Assembly: GCA_002633005.1 (NCBI GenBank)
Contig: NMRA01000280.1
Coordinates: 460,403-524,402 of the forward strand
DNA from: Phoronis australis
Taxonomy: Eukaryota; Animalia; Phoronida
DNA length: 64,000 nt
Direction: 5' to 3'
A program made the position numbers and the translations under genes. The first letter of the stretch is position 1. Each line of letters opens with the position of its first letter. The notes below the pieces were generated by a model. The model worked only from the letters and a program-made list of their open reading frames with translations, was not told where the DNA came from and searched no databases. Positions 52,360 through 64,000 of this stretch are shown here, piece after piece.

Positions 52360-52733
52360 GTTTGTATGCGCCCTTAGATGTATGTGTGGGTGCATGTTGC
52401 CCTCATCTCTGTCCGGAGCTGTATTTTGTAAACCCCTTGCTGGATCTTAATGAGATTTGGCTGGTGTTTTCCTATGAACCTGGCAATGGATGACAACGAC
52501 TTTTGGACCGATCCGATTACCGCTCTGCCTCCTAGTGCCCGTTTTAGTTTTTACAGTTACCTCTCTATCTTAGTAATTCTTAAATGGATTTTCATGAAAT
52601 TTGACTAGATCTCAACACCTTTGAATTTTCGGAAGTCTCTGATGGTTCAGCGCTACTTAGTGGCCGTGTTTTGAATTTTCAGTCCGTTTTTTGGTGTCTG
52701 CTTTCTATTAGCCAAACCGCTTGACGGATCATT
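52360..52733 (+). mobile_element. DINE-1/HINE-like element, copy 3 (short allele), downstream of cyclin L
   Basis: Reverse complement of the hairpin end of copies 1 and 2 (TGTGGGTGCATGTTGCCCTCATCTCTGTC...GGATCTTAATGAGATTTGGC), with CTAGTG cores. Confidence 0.6.
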
Positions 52734-53147
52734 ACAATCTACAAACATGGGCACGCTAGTGGGTTTATTCGTCTATCTAAAAGTGACTGCGGCCAGTTCC
52801 AATCCCGGGTTACCAGTAGGGGTTTACATAAGTGGTATCACTAATGACCTTTGTGAAGTGATGGAATTCACGAGGGAACTTGACAAGACCACTCAAATAA
52901 TCACATTCACGTTTGATAAAAATGTTAATGCAATATCGTAAATTTTAACCGTTTTTTTAACTACTGGCGGTCTTATTCACCAAAGAATAATTGATTTAAG
53001 TACACTATCCACATATAGTCCTCCGATTCTCTTGACACAATTTACGCTTTAAGGAGAAAATAGTTACAAAAATCATTACAATAGGCAAAAAATTCACTTG
53101 ATTGCCCATGTAAATATTCACAATTCCAAGTTCACGCACAGCAAGGN

Positions 53148-55069
53148 AAGTATTGTAAGATTTTGTATAAGAAGATTTCGCTACTGTATACTGTGTAGGA
53201 GGTTACTTAACTACTTAATGGTGCTCAAGAGTTTGGACTAAGGTTCATAGTTTAATTAGGTCTTTAGCAGTAACCTGGAAAATCTTAATTTTAAAAGGAG
53301 CAGACGTGTCCTCTATGTCATCTGATGTGCAAGAAATTCATTCATCTTAAGTTTGAGTTGATTCCTGATCATAGGGAATCCTACATTTTTTGTATCAGTT
53401 GTTTACACAGGAGAAGTGGTGATGTTATTTTTCTGGGTATTGTTTTGTATGTGTGTGTCCTGTAACTAAAATTGATTTGTACACGTGTAAAGATTGTATT
53501 TTACCTATTGTTCAGATGTGCAGGAAAGTGTAGATTAAAATATTATTAATACAATATTCAACTTATCAGCAATTAACATTTTATATTATTGAAATATATG
53601 CCTAAAATAAGTCAGCAGGTGTTAGTGTTGGTGTCTGGAATAAGCTCAAGTGTGCAAGAATGGGGAATGATCAAGTGCAGTCTCTGTATGAGCAGCTACG
53701 TACTTAGAACTGGCAGTGTGCACTGTGTTGTTAGGATTGGATGTGTTTGTATGCGCCCTTATGTGTGGGTGCATGTTGCCCTCATCTCTGTCCGGAGCTG
53801 TATCTTGTAAACCCCTTGCTGGATCTTAATGAGATTTGGCTGGTGTTTTCCTTTCCTATGAACCTGGCAATGGATGACAACAACTTTTGGACCGATCCGA
53901 TTACCGCTCTGCCACCTAGTGCCCGTTTTAGTTTTTACAGTTACCTCTCTATCTTAGTAATTCTTGGATGGATTTTCATGAAATTTGACTAGATCTCAAC
54001 ACCTTTAAATTTTCGGAAGTCTCTGATGGTTCAGCGCGACTTAGTGGCCGTGTTTTGAATTTTTGAGTCCGTTGTCTGCTTTCTATTAGCCAAACCGCTT
54101 GACGGATCATTATGAAAAATAGCAGGTGTTATTCCGATTAGGAAACCACCATAGACGTTGATTTTTGGGCGTGTTCTACTACTGCGGCGCTCCCTAGTGG
54201 GGATTTTGTTTCATTTTGCACCCATGGCTGTATCTCCTTAACCTTTTGCGGGAACTTTATGAAATTTGCCAGATGTTTTTTTATAGAGTTATCAACAGAT
54301 GATGACTAGTTTCAGCTCAATCCCACGATTGGTTTGCCCCCCAATGGGAATTTCATTTTCTACGTTTTCATGTGTATCTTCGGAGCTCATGATTTTCATG
54401 AAACTTGGCAAATAGGTTTCTATTAAGGTAGCGAATGCCTTTTCATTTGGGTATAGATTTTACTTAATGTGCGCCTAGTGGGGATTTTTAACCGTTTCGA
54501 GTCTATTTTGGCGTCTAACTCTATGCCCCGAAGTACTCTGATAGATATTCCGACAGTTTCCAGTTCTTAGGTTTCCCTTAGTGGCGTTTTTTCCCGTCTA
54601 CGGCGGTGTCTCATATTTTAATAAACCCGATTCACCTTGGTTCAACATGGAACAAATCCTATGGAACAAGCAGATTCGATACACGTTTTTTACATGGGTG
54701 CAGTGGTCCGAGTTTTCCTCAAGGTTTGACATGGAATCTACCTGTGGGATGCTTATCTTTGATCAAATCACCGCTGGTAACGCAATCTACAAACATGGGC
54801 ACGCTAGTGGGTTTGTTTATCTATCACATTCACGTTTGATAAAAATGTTAATGCAATATCGTAAATTTTAACCGTTTTTTTAACTACTGGCGGTCTTATT
54901 CACCAAAGAATAATTGATTTAAGTACACTATCCACATATAGTCCTCCGATTCTCTTGACACAATTTAAGCTTTAAGGAGAAAATAGTTACAAAAATCATT
55001 ACAATAGGCAAAAAAATTCACTTGATTGCCCATGTAAATATTCACAATTCCAAGTTCACGCACAGCAAG
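53148..55069 (+). repeat. Near-identical duplicate of 51761-53146 (cyclin L 3' region; probable uncollapsed haplotype)
   Basis: Starts after the single N at 53147 with the same AAGTATTGTAAGATTTTG seen at 51761. Differs by two large indels. Confidence 0.8.
53745..54585 (+). mobile_element. DINE-1/HINE-like element, copy 3 (longer allele)
   Basis: Same hairpin end as 52360 plus further units with CCTAGTG cores at ~53915, 54192, 54475 and 54576. Confidence 0.6.
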
Positions 55070-55849
55070 GCCACCATTATGTGGATCGCTTGACCTATCG
55101 AGAAAAGAGTCTATCTGGAAAAAATAAGCCTATCCGGAATACTGAGACACCAAATCATTGGCTATTTTGTCGGGAACTGCACCTATCGTATCTAGTCACG
55201 TGAGACACACTAGCCGGCGATTACAGTCGGCCATCAAGTACCCTCCAGTTTCGCCGAGATTAAAACTGTGGTTTCCTTTGAGGTCCCTCAGGTGCAAAAA
55301 GTCTGCCGCGAATCGCCACGCCAGCCTGGTATGACTTGAGTTCTCATAATGAACAGCTGGTCGTAACACTCCTTACAACCGCCCCCACTCTGCTGGTTTA
55401 GCTACACCTCCTGATTGCGCGGCTGTCAACGCACCCCTTTGTGCGGGCATTCGGGCTGAATACTGAGCGAAGGCCGGGTTACGGGCTACGCCAGTATTTT
55501 AATATTGTGTTGCGAATACTCTTAGAAAACAGGCATTGCGTAACCAAACCCGAAATAACATAGATGAAACGGTGATCTCTGCGTACCCCAACAAACCGCT
55601 GTGTTCAACAGGGCGGTCAGAGGCTACGGCCCAAAGGACAGGAAGTTCAATATACTTTGTTCACTTGCCACCAGGTAGCACCACATGAGTTGTTTTCATT
55701 GAACAGTTAGTCATCGCTAAAATCGGCCATTCGTCACCAAGTACGTTGTTTACGACAGGTATATTTGTAAAACGCCACTGCTGAAGCAGACATAGTGTAC
55801 ATGCTAAGTGCTGCTTAGATTTGCCGTGACATTTATCTCAAACTTTTAA

Positions 55850-55940
55850 GCTTGCAAGATTTGACTGCTGACTTGAGTCTACCGGAGACTGGAATACTGC
55901 TTGCAAGATTTAACTGCTGACTTGAGTCGACCGGAGACTG
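55850..55940. repeat. ~49-bp tandem duplication just upstream of the ITIH-like ATG
   Basis: GCTTGCAAGATTT(G/A)ACTGCTGACTTGAGTC(T/G)ACCGGAGACTG occurs twice. Confidence 0.85.
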
Positions 55941-55980
55941 CGGGAATATTGAAGTTGCCAGTTGTTTTCATTTCACCAGC

Positions 55981-57990
55981 ATGCTAAAGATTACGGTTGT
56001 AGGACTTAATCTGTGCCTTGCGGTGACAGTCGGCTTGATTGCTACTTCATTAGGGATGAGCGAGTACCATCTGGTCCTGGTAAAAGAAAGTTTGGACACT
56101 TATAGTCATGTAAATGTCCACTCAATGCCGCGTCACAGGAGGCAGGCTGAAAAAGAAGCCACTCCCAAACCGTCGATCACCAAGCTTCATGCAACAAGCA
56201 ACATCAAATCTAGATTTGCCACAACCGTTGTAACCACCGAGATGGAAAATAAACTACAGACAACAAATGTTGAGGCGGCATTTTATGTCCAGTTTCCGGA
56301 AAATGCGTTTATATCCAATTTCACGATGGAAGTTGGTGGTCAACTTTTTGTTGGTGTTGTGAAGGAAAAGAAAGAAGCCCAAGACATCTACGATAAAGCA
56401 CGTGCTAGAAATGAAACGGCTGGGATTGTGAAGTCCCACCAGAGTCCTACTCTGGAGCCTGGTATGGACATGTTTTCAATCACAACAACAATCTCTGCCA
56501 ATTCTTCTGCTTCGTTTGAGCTCACTTATCAGCAGCTACTCGAGTTCAAGTTTTACTACACTCATTATCTTTATGTTGACCCCATGCAAGCCGTTCCGGA
56601 TTTCAAACTGAATGTTAAAGTCGACGAGCCTCAGGGCATAAAGGAACTGAGTGCAACAGGAATCGACGGGAATTCATTGCCCGTTGTAAATGGTGGTAAC
56701 AGTATGGCTACGGTCGACTACAGTCCCAATTCAGCCTCTCAGGGATCAGGCATTAAGGGACTGGTCAAAGTAAAGTATAACGTTAAACACTCATGCGATG
56801 CCGGTGTATTCAAAACATGCCGTTCGTTTTTTGTACATTACTTCTCTACTCCGAAAGACGACTGCTCTTTGGCAGTTTTGAATCGCAAGATTTACTTTGT
56901 TATTGATATAAGTGGCTCCATGTCCGGAGACAAAATGACCAAGACACGGTCTGCCATGGATATCATTTTAAAACTTCTGAGACCTGCAGACCAATTCGGC
57001 ATTGTGTTATTCGATGATGAAATTACTGAGTGGAGATCTGAGCTCTATAGCGCCTCGGCTGACAACGTTGAGAATGCCCGGCATTACTGCAGTGCCAACC
57101 TGAAGGCAGATGGAAGTACCAATGTTTATGAAGCTCTAGAGCGAGCCCTACATCTTCTAAGCCCCACAGTATCTACGAATGATAATCTAGCACCGTATGT
57201 GATTCTGTTGACAGATGGTCAGCCCAACGCAGGCAAGTTCACTTCACCCATCGACATACAGCGGGAGATTAAGAAGCTGAATGTAAAGAAGATACCTATT
57301 TATTCCATTGCCTTTGGCGCTGGGGCTGACTTCAACTTTCTCAACGCACTGTCGCATGAAAACGGAGGCTATGCGATCAAAATATTTGACGGCAGTTACG
57401 ATCGTCAGGACATGTCTCAACAGCTACAGTTTTTCTATAGTCGTATTGCCTCACCTGTGCTCAAAAATGTGGACATTGTGTACCCCAAAACTGCGGTCTC
57501 CAGCAACGAGGTTAGTTATTCTGAAGTCTCCCAATACTTTGACGGTTCCGAAGTTGTAATTGTGGGCAAACTCCTTCCCAGTGCACCACAAGATTTTGAA
57601 GTGAAGGTTGTGGGTTTGTCCACGTCTGGGCAGAAGGAGTATACCACGTCAGTGACCAGTGCGTCATACGGTGACTGTGATTTGGTGGAGCGCGTCTACG
57701 CATACAAATGGATTAAGACATTGCTACTGAGAGCATCAATGGAAGAAGATGAAGTGAAGAAAAAGACTTTGGAGAGCGAAGCCTTGACAATGTCACTTAA
57801 GTATAATTTTGTGACACCCCTTACCTCCATGGTTGTGGTTCAGAGTAATTCGCAAACACAGCGAGGAAGAGGCATGGAGAGTGACTTTGGTGTCCAATTT
57901 GCACGGAACTTGGCTGGTGGCCTTCATGCTTGCAGATTGGTAGTAATGGGTTTTTCTGTTGTTCCGTTGCTTTACCATAAATTGTTGTAA
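55981..57990 (+). CDS. Inter-alpha-trypsin inhibitor heavy chain-like protein (VIT + vWA), single coding exon, 669 aa
   Basis: Signal peptide; VIT motifs (SNIKSRFATTVV, PENAFISNFTM, VKEKKEAQDIY, FELTYQQLL); FFVHYFS; vWA with intact MIDAS (VIDISGSM, GST, LLTDG); ASPVL; YFDGSEVVIVGKL; ERVYAY; SLKYNFVTPLTSMVVV; hydrophobic C-terminal tail. Confidence 0.93.
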   Translation: MLKITVVGLNLCLAVTVGLIATSLGMSEYHLVLVKESLDTYSHVNVHSMPRHRRQAEKEATPKPSITKLHATSNIKSRFATTVVTTEMENKLQTTNVEAAFYVQFPENAFISNFTMEVGGQLFVGVVKEKKEAQDIYDKARARNETAGIVKSHQSPTLEPGMDMFSITTTISANSSASFELTYQQLLEFKFYYTHYLYVDPMQAVPDFKLNVKVDEPQGIKELSATGIDGNSLPVVNGGNSMATVDYSPNSASQGSGIKGLVKVKYNVKHSCDAGVFKTCRSFFVHYFSTPKDDCSLAVLNRKIYFVIDISGSMSGDKMTKTRSAMDIILKLLRPADQFGIVLFDDEITEWRSELYSASADNVENARHYCSANLKADGSTNVYEALERALHLLSPTVSTNDNLAPYVILLTDGQPNAGKFTSPIDIQREIKKLNVKKIPIYSIAFGAGADFNFLNALSHENGGYAIKIFDGSYDRQDMSQQLQFFYSRIASPVLKNVDIVYPKTAVSSNEVSYSEVSQYFDGSEVVIVGKLLPSAPQDFEVKVVGLSTSGQKEYTTSVTSASYGDCDLVERVYAYKWIKTLLLRASMEEDEVKKKTLESEALTMSLKYNFVTPLTSMVVVQSNSQTQRGRGMESDFGVQFARNLAGGLHACRLVVMGFSVVPLLYHKLL

Positions 57991-60900
57991 GTAAAAATTG
58001 AGTAACAGCTCGTTCTAAGAACATTGAAATGTGTGAACTCTATGTAGTGTTGTTTTTATAGTGATGTCCCTGTATTCGAAATCATGTTTTTCCATAATTG
58101 AAAACTTTTGTTCAATTGTTTCACAGACAGGCACATGTGCCTTTGCTCTGCTTATAGATGCAGGCGCCTATCGCTGGTATGTGCATGTCTTGAGATTGTC
58201 GATTCTACATATTTTCATTGAAATAGTTGCTCAATTTAATACACCTCAACAACTACTATCTTGTGATATAGATAAGCTTCAGTCACATGGTATTTTGGAA
58301 AGTTGTGCGCAATTGTTTCGCATCTAAAGGCGCATGTGCCTAATTTCGGGCTTAGGAACAGCTTAACATATGGGCGCATTGGCCTAAGTATGGACATATT
58401 GTAGCTAACCCGGAATGTGGAAACATCTCTGTGACTGCATTGATGCATACTTAAATCAATTTTCTTAATCCAGTCGTCACTCAGTGGCTTAGATGAACTC
58501 GTTTTGCCACATCCAAGTCCATACTGGCGAGATCTAGGCGCTGTACGCTGATCTACTGATGCAAGTTATTTTTGCCGCCACCTAGTACGATGTCCTTCGT
58601 TCTCCTGATGTTAGGTGTTTTGGTTGTGGTATTTTGCGATAGATAACCCTGTAGGTAAACCCTCGTTGTTGTGTGCTCAAGTAATGCGCTCTCCTAAATA
58701 CTACCTCTTCCGATGAAGTAGTGTGTGTTTGTGGAAGTAGCATGTCTCACCTCGGACTATTTAGCAGGCTTGTTTATGATTTATCAGATAAAAATTTAAA
58801 AGATACATTAAGAGACAATCGAGCTTTTTCCGAAAGTGGTTCTGTTATGTGGTGTTGTGAGTTTCTGTGTACAGATAATGTGACCGTATTAAGGTTCTTA
58901 CCTAAAATTTTGTGACTGAGATATTCAAGTGTTTCACTTTGATTGATAAACGAGATTTCATATTGTACACGGTGGTAATGTAGGAAACGCATGCCGTTTA
59001 TCTGCCTCGTGCGTCAGTAGGCTTATATACATGTATTTTATTGGAACGGTTTAAATCAAATTGTTTAAAAAGAGAAACTGAAAACTTAGAGAGAAGGAAT
59101 TGAACCGACCGCGAGCGTTAGAAATCAAAATGACCGATTCAGGTTTACCACAAGGAAGTTACAAATGCGGGATTCGACGCAGATTCAATCTATCGTTGAC
59201 TTCAAAATGTTTCATTTTTGCATTTTCTTCCTCTGCAAAAAAATTGTGGTCAACGAGTTACCTTTTCCGAGTCGAATGAGAAGCCATCGTAATAACGACG
59301 ATGTAATGTAAACATTTGGGTTCGTTGTGTAACCGATCATAGGTGAGTAAAATTCGGGAAGAACGGGTATCTGAATGTGAGAACTATCCTTCAATTGAAT
59401 GATTATTGTTCTTCAGTTGTTATTTTGTGGTATTTTGAATGTGTTGTGCCATATTTTGTGACAACATCTGTGTGTTAGTGTGAAATTCCAAGAGCAAAAA
59501 TAGTTGCAAAGCACTTACAATAAATATAATCGTTTAGACTTAGCGTTACATAAAAACTAAATATATTGTCATTTTTATTGTTGTCACAAACCTGCAATTT
59601 AATATTTGAACTTTCAGGCAAAGTGTGTTTTGTGTCAAACTGTGTTGCGATGAGATTTGATTATTTGTTTAAATAAATTCCACCAATGCCCAACATTCAC
59701 TCGCTGCTCTGTCGGATCTCTATCTTCTAAATTTCAAAACAAAACCAGCACGCTCATCAATTAGGTGCCGTTTTAATGTCACGCTATGTTGAAGTTTATT
59801 ATTTTTCAGGTAGTATGACAGTCATTAGATAACTATTTCTAATCAAAGTCTCGAAAAGTGCAGAAATTTGCCACGCCGCGGTGATATCCTACTGAGTCGC
59901 AAGAAAACGACTTACTAATCGGTGGCTAGAGTGGCTGACTGTAGAAGTTCGTTGTGTGAGATACACTCGCCCGGACGCATTCTGTGGTTCTTCATCTTCG
60001 TGCTCGTACTCGGAATCTTCCAGACTTAATTGTTTCATTTACATATCAAGCACACTTATCCAAAATGTTACCTGTCCCGCCCAAGGTTCGAACCTGGGAC
60101 TTTCTACTAACCGTGGACACGCTTTATTACAACATGCAATCGCATTATTCTTACCTTGAAATCTGGATGAAGTATTCCGTTTTCTCTTCGTTATGTTTTT
60201 GCAGCACTTACACTGAGCGAACAGGATGCCAGCATCGCCAAACGCACACCGCAAAATATGTAAAATATTACCTGCGCCATATCAAGTGGGCTTATTGTTC
60301 TGAATTTGACAACATAGTTGATGAAATTGCCTTATTTTTGTTGGTTGAGGTGTTGCGGACGTGTGACACTGGAATACCTGTTAAGCAGGTATTTCGAGTC
60401 CACGCAAGCGATCTCGAGATAATTGTATTTTGTATCATGTATTTTGTATCATGTATTTTCTATTGTACACTTCAGCTTGACTTCTCTTATAAAGTAAGTG
60501 TTAACGCTGAAGTTACCACCCTCAAGTTGTGACTGCTACAGTCACTTATTGTATTAATAACTTGCATCACGTTCTCTAAAAGGAAACTAATCAGCTTGTG
60601 GAATGGGTACTGCAGTGTGCTTGAGTTGCATCCACTGTATACAATGTACTTACTAAACAATTTCTAGTAAGACCATGGAAGATCCCAACATTACGGCGTT
60701 TTCCCGTTGCTCCCAACTTGTTCGATTTGATAGCGGCAACAACAAATTGGGAAGTTTACCCCTGAAGCCAATATCTTACACGACTGATTATCTCCAATCT
60801 GGCATTTATGGTTGGAGGGCCAGCTCTCTTTTGTTCGATAATTGCTCTAATCTCCATTAAGATCGTATCTAGCCTGACTGGGTTGTGCTGTTAAAAATAA

Positions 60901-61733
60901 AAGTCAAGTTATAAAATATTTGAATATAAACCAATACCATTTCTGAAATCTTCATCAAATGGTTATCATGTTTGGTTTTTCAATCGCCAAAATCGCCCAA
61001 CTGCAACCGAAGTTACGACAATCCATTCTTTCCGAATACACCAATTCACTCTGAGTATGTGTTCACACGTGGTCTGTAATAAGCCTGGTAGATAATTGGC
61101 CTGCTTGTTGTCATAACAGACAAAAGAGTGTGCTTGGCAGTTAACAAAGAAGCTAGATGTTATCACACACTCACCACCCCCTACGTCTGGTTAAGTCACT
61201 GAACGGGAAAACGCTGGACATGAATGCAACCGTACAAGATCTCCCCATCCTAGTTCTTGACACAGAGCTGTAGATGCCAGCTAACCTCTGAGGAAGGTGA
61301 ATAAACCACGCAGCGGCATCAGTGGTTCTGCAGAGTGAGTGTCGCTATGGTGTGGTGTATCGTTCAAGCTAGCACGAACTATGGAGCTGTCACTAAGCGC
61401 GGAGAGCGGGATATCGTTTTTTCGATGAGGCCGTGAAACATCTCCGTGTACGTCTGAGGCCGGCATCTCGTCGAAAGTGATTTCACTGACGAATGCCTGC
61501 TTACATACCAAACAGCTCTTGCCAGGACAGAAAAGAACCTGATAAGCAGTTGCCTAAATCGAGAATGCAAGTTGCCATGTTGAAGTTTATTATTCGGCGT
61601 TGAGTTTCAAAATGAAGGCTTATATAGAACTGAAACACAGTGTCAAATTATGTCTCATCAGACACAATTTGTAATGTCTTTGGAGTGTTCGTGAGCCTGC
61701 TTTGAGAAGCCAGCTATAGACCTAATTCACGTC

Positions 61734-61860
61734 GACAAGAGGCGCGTTCCAAAACGAGGCTCGCTACGATTACTTTGTTGACTTATCGGCACAGACCACG
61801 CCAACAGGAGGAGCGTTCCAAAACGAGGCTGGCTACGACAGCTCTGTTGGCTTATCGGCA
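61734..61860. repeat. ~70-bp tandem duplication
   Basis: GCGTTCCAAAACGAGGCT.GCTACGA...TGTTG.CTTATCGGCA occurs twice. Confidence 0.85.
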
Positions 61861-63224
61861 TGCAGGATGTATTTCGCGTTGCTCCAAAGGCTAGAAAAAT
61901 TACGAAAACTCAACTGTCTGTTTTATAATTCCCGAGGACGCTGAGATTCGGAAGCGTTGGGTCATTGCCACAGGCCGCGACGAAGGGAAATATGTCCGTG
62001 TGAAATTTATAAATATTTTCGAAATGTTAGATCCTTTGTCGCATCACGGTTTCCGAGCATCATAGCAACGACCGAAGAATCTTCGGACAGCCAGGCTGTA
62101 TTTTCATGACTACGCCGGGTTGAAAAATAATGCATTTTTTTCTTTCCAAAAAGGACAAGGCTATCGATCCCTCGATTTTGGCGCCGAATATCGGCCCTAT
62201 TCCCCTCTCAAAAATATTGAAAAATCTCCGAAATTCCCCCACGAGGCCTAAAAATTTCCCTAAAGATTGAAAAGTTCCCTTCGAAATTCAAATCACCTGT
62301 ATCCACACAGGTGACAATTTGAAAGAGCACAAAATGATACTTTAAATTGAGACAGAGGTTATGAGAGCTTACAACAGGACGGGGGTGCTATTGATGGTGA
62401 TCGGGAGGTGGATTTCCCCTCACTCAGCGAAAAATTACCCCTCAGAAGGCACAGACACCTGTCCCCTCGGATGAACGAGATTCTTGGAGAAACATGATAA
62501 CTATGATTGTTCTGTCCAGTTAAATGAAATTGAATTCTAAATCGAGGTTATGCTTTGGACGAACGAATTAGGTGTTTTGATTTTAAAATTCAACTTGGTC
62601 AAGATTGATATTTGAAATCTAACGCATGAAATAGACGTAAGAATTATCAGGGAAATATTGGTCCTAGGAATTATTAAAACCAAGAAAGCAGAATTAATGG
62701 TCAAATAATTTTTGTTTTCAAGCACGAGACTGGTTTTTTATTTTAATAAAAATATCTTTACATCAATTATTCTTTCAGATCAATGACAAATCAAATGTTA
62801 GTCCCAGTATTCCCTACCTCACCAGGATCAGGCTACGCGTACTGTTAATATTCTTGATCAACAAATTAAACCAGATGTGACTTACTTGCACATGACAGCA
62901 AAATGCGACTGTTGAGCCACCACTGACGAATATGTCTTCAACTCCTCAACAATACGAGCAGATGACCTGGTTCGTGTAGAGATCATTTTTATCAATAATT
63001 TACAAGAAGAAACGTAGCCTTGCATTCAGCATTATACTTAATTCGTAACACTACGATCGCCGCTATGTGGTTATATTAGACCGGGTTCCCAGAGCTTTTT
63101 TGGGCATGAAAAGGTAACCAATTTTCTTTGGTGCTACAGTGCTCTATGGGTATCCTGATGTTTAGAAATGGCCGTCTGGCAGGTTCGCTCTGGTGGGTGA
63201 GGTCAGGGGAGCCAAGAGAATGAC

Positions 63225-64000
63225 ATTCAAAAATTGAGCTAGATCAACTTTCTGGTAACCACTTCAAACTACCTTGGATACCTACAAGGTAATACACTGT
63301 ATCAAAATTGGTCACTGCCAGACAATTTCAGTAGTGAGGAGTATCCGCCAGACGGTTATAAACAAGGTAACAAAATTGAGCTAGATCAATCTAAGAGGTA
63401 AGCGCATGAAAGAAGTTGCAAAATATTCACCGTGCACCAAGGTATCACGAATGAACACTGCCAGACAATTCTAGAGGTGGGTTAGCCCCGCCTTACACGC
63501 ACAAATACCTGAGTTGAGCTAGATCAACCCACCAGGTAACCGTTTGAATCCAATTTCACGATGCTCAGCATCACTGTACGTGGCACAAGAGTTAGATGCC
63601 ACACAATTTCAGTGGTGGGGTGCCCTTGCCAGACTATTATCAAAAGGGTTAAAATTGAGCTAGATCAACCCAAGAGGCAACCGCTTAAAACCAGTTCCAA
63701 AATATTCCCCGTAAGCCCAGGTATCAAGAATAAACACTGCCAGACAAATCAAGTGGTGGATTAGTCCCGGCAAATACATGGGTCGAGGTAAAGCAACCCA
63801 CTAGGTAATCGTTTGAAACCAATTGCACGATGCTCAGCATCACTGTACATCGCACAACAGTAAGATGCCAGACAATTTCAGCGGTGGGTGTCCATGCCAG
63901 ACGACTAAAGAAAGAGCTAAAATTTGAGGTAAATCCACCCAAGAGGTAACCGCATGAAACCAGATGCAAAATATTCTACGTAAGCCCATGTTTCATGAAT
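63225..64000. repeat. Satellite-like array of ~135-140 bp monomers with alternating A/B dimer structure, running off the window end
   Basis: TTGAGCTAGATCAAC-like anchors at ~63234, 63376, 63513, 63655, 63783 and 63924. Alternate monomers resemble each other more than neighbours do. Confidence 0.85.

Noticed and set aside
60075-60140. tRNA-like segment with B-box GGTTCGAACC on the minus strand
   Set aside because: No cloverleaf or clear A-box. At most a decayed SINE head, so not called as a tRNA.
59984-60532. 182-aa plus-strand ORF
   Set aside because: Non-ATG start, no domain motifs, and it crosses a SINE-like remnant and a short tandem repeat.

Overview
Eukaryotic, moderately AT-rich draft-assembly window (N gaps, single-N joins) from an invertebrate animal, probably a bilaterian such as a lophotrochozoan; the taxon is inferred and cannot be proven here. 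Four protein-coding genes are well supported. (1) A Toll-like receptor with a single coding exon (6760-9375, +). (2) A 6-coding-exon Cab45/SDF4 EF-hand gene (24569-37736, -). (3) An 11-exon cyclin L gene (38301-51694, +), head-to-head with SDF4 across a 564-bp spacer. (4) A VIT+vWA inter-alpha-trypsin-inhibitor heavy-chain-like gene with a single coding exon and a GPI-signal-like tail (55981-57990, +). Introns and intergenic DNA are dense with non-autonomous DNA transposons recognisable by TIR/TSD: PIF/Harbinger-, Kolobok-, Tc1/mariner-, hAT5- and Chapaev-like elements, several nested. There is also a decayed THAP domain and several tandem repeats. The most striking observation is a DINE-1/HINE-like (Helentron-type) element family whose internal ~130-160 bp repeat units each carry a CTCF-like CCACTAGRKGGC motif. 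Copies sit just past the stop codons of both SDF4 and cyclin L, so the motif arrays point inward around the divergent gene pair. Two local duplications at single-N joins (cyclin L exon 2 and the 3' region) are most likely uncollapsed haplotypes.
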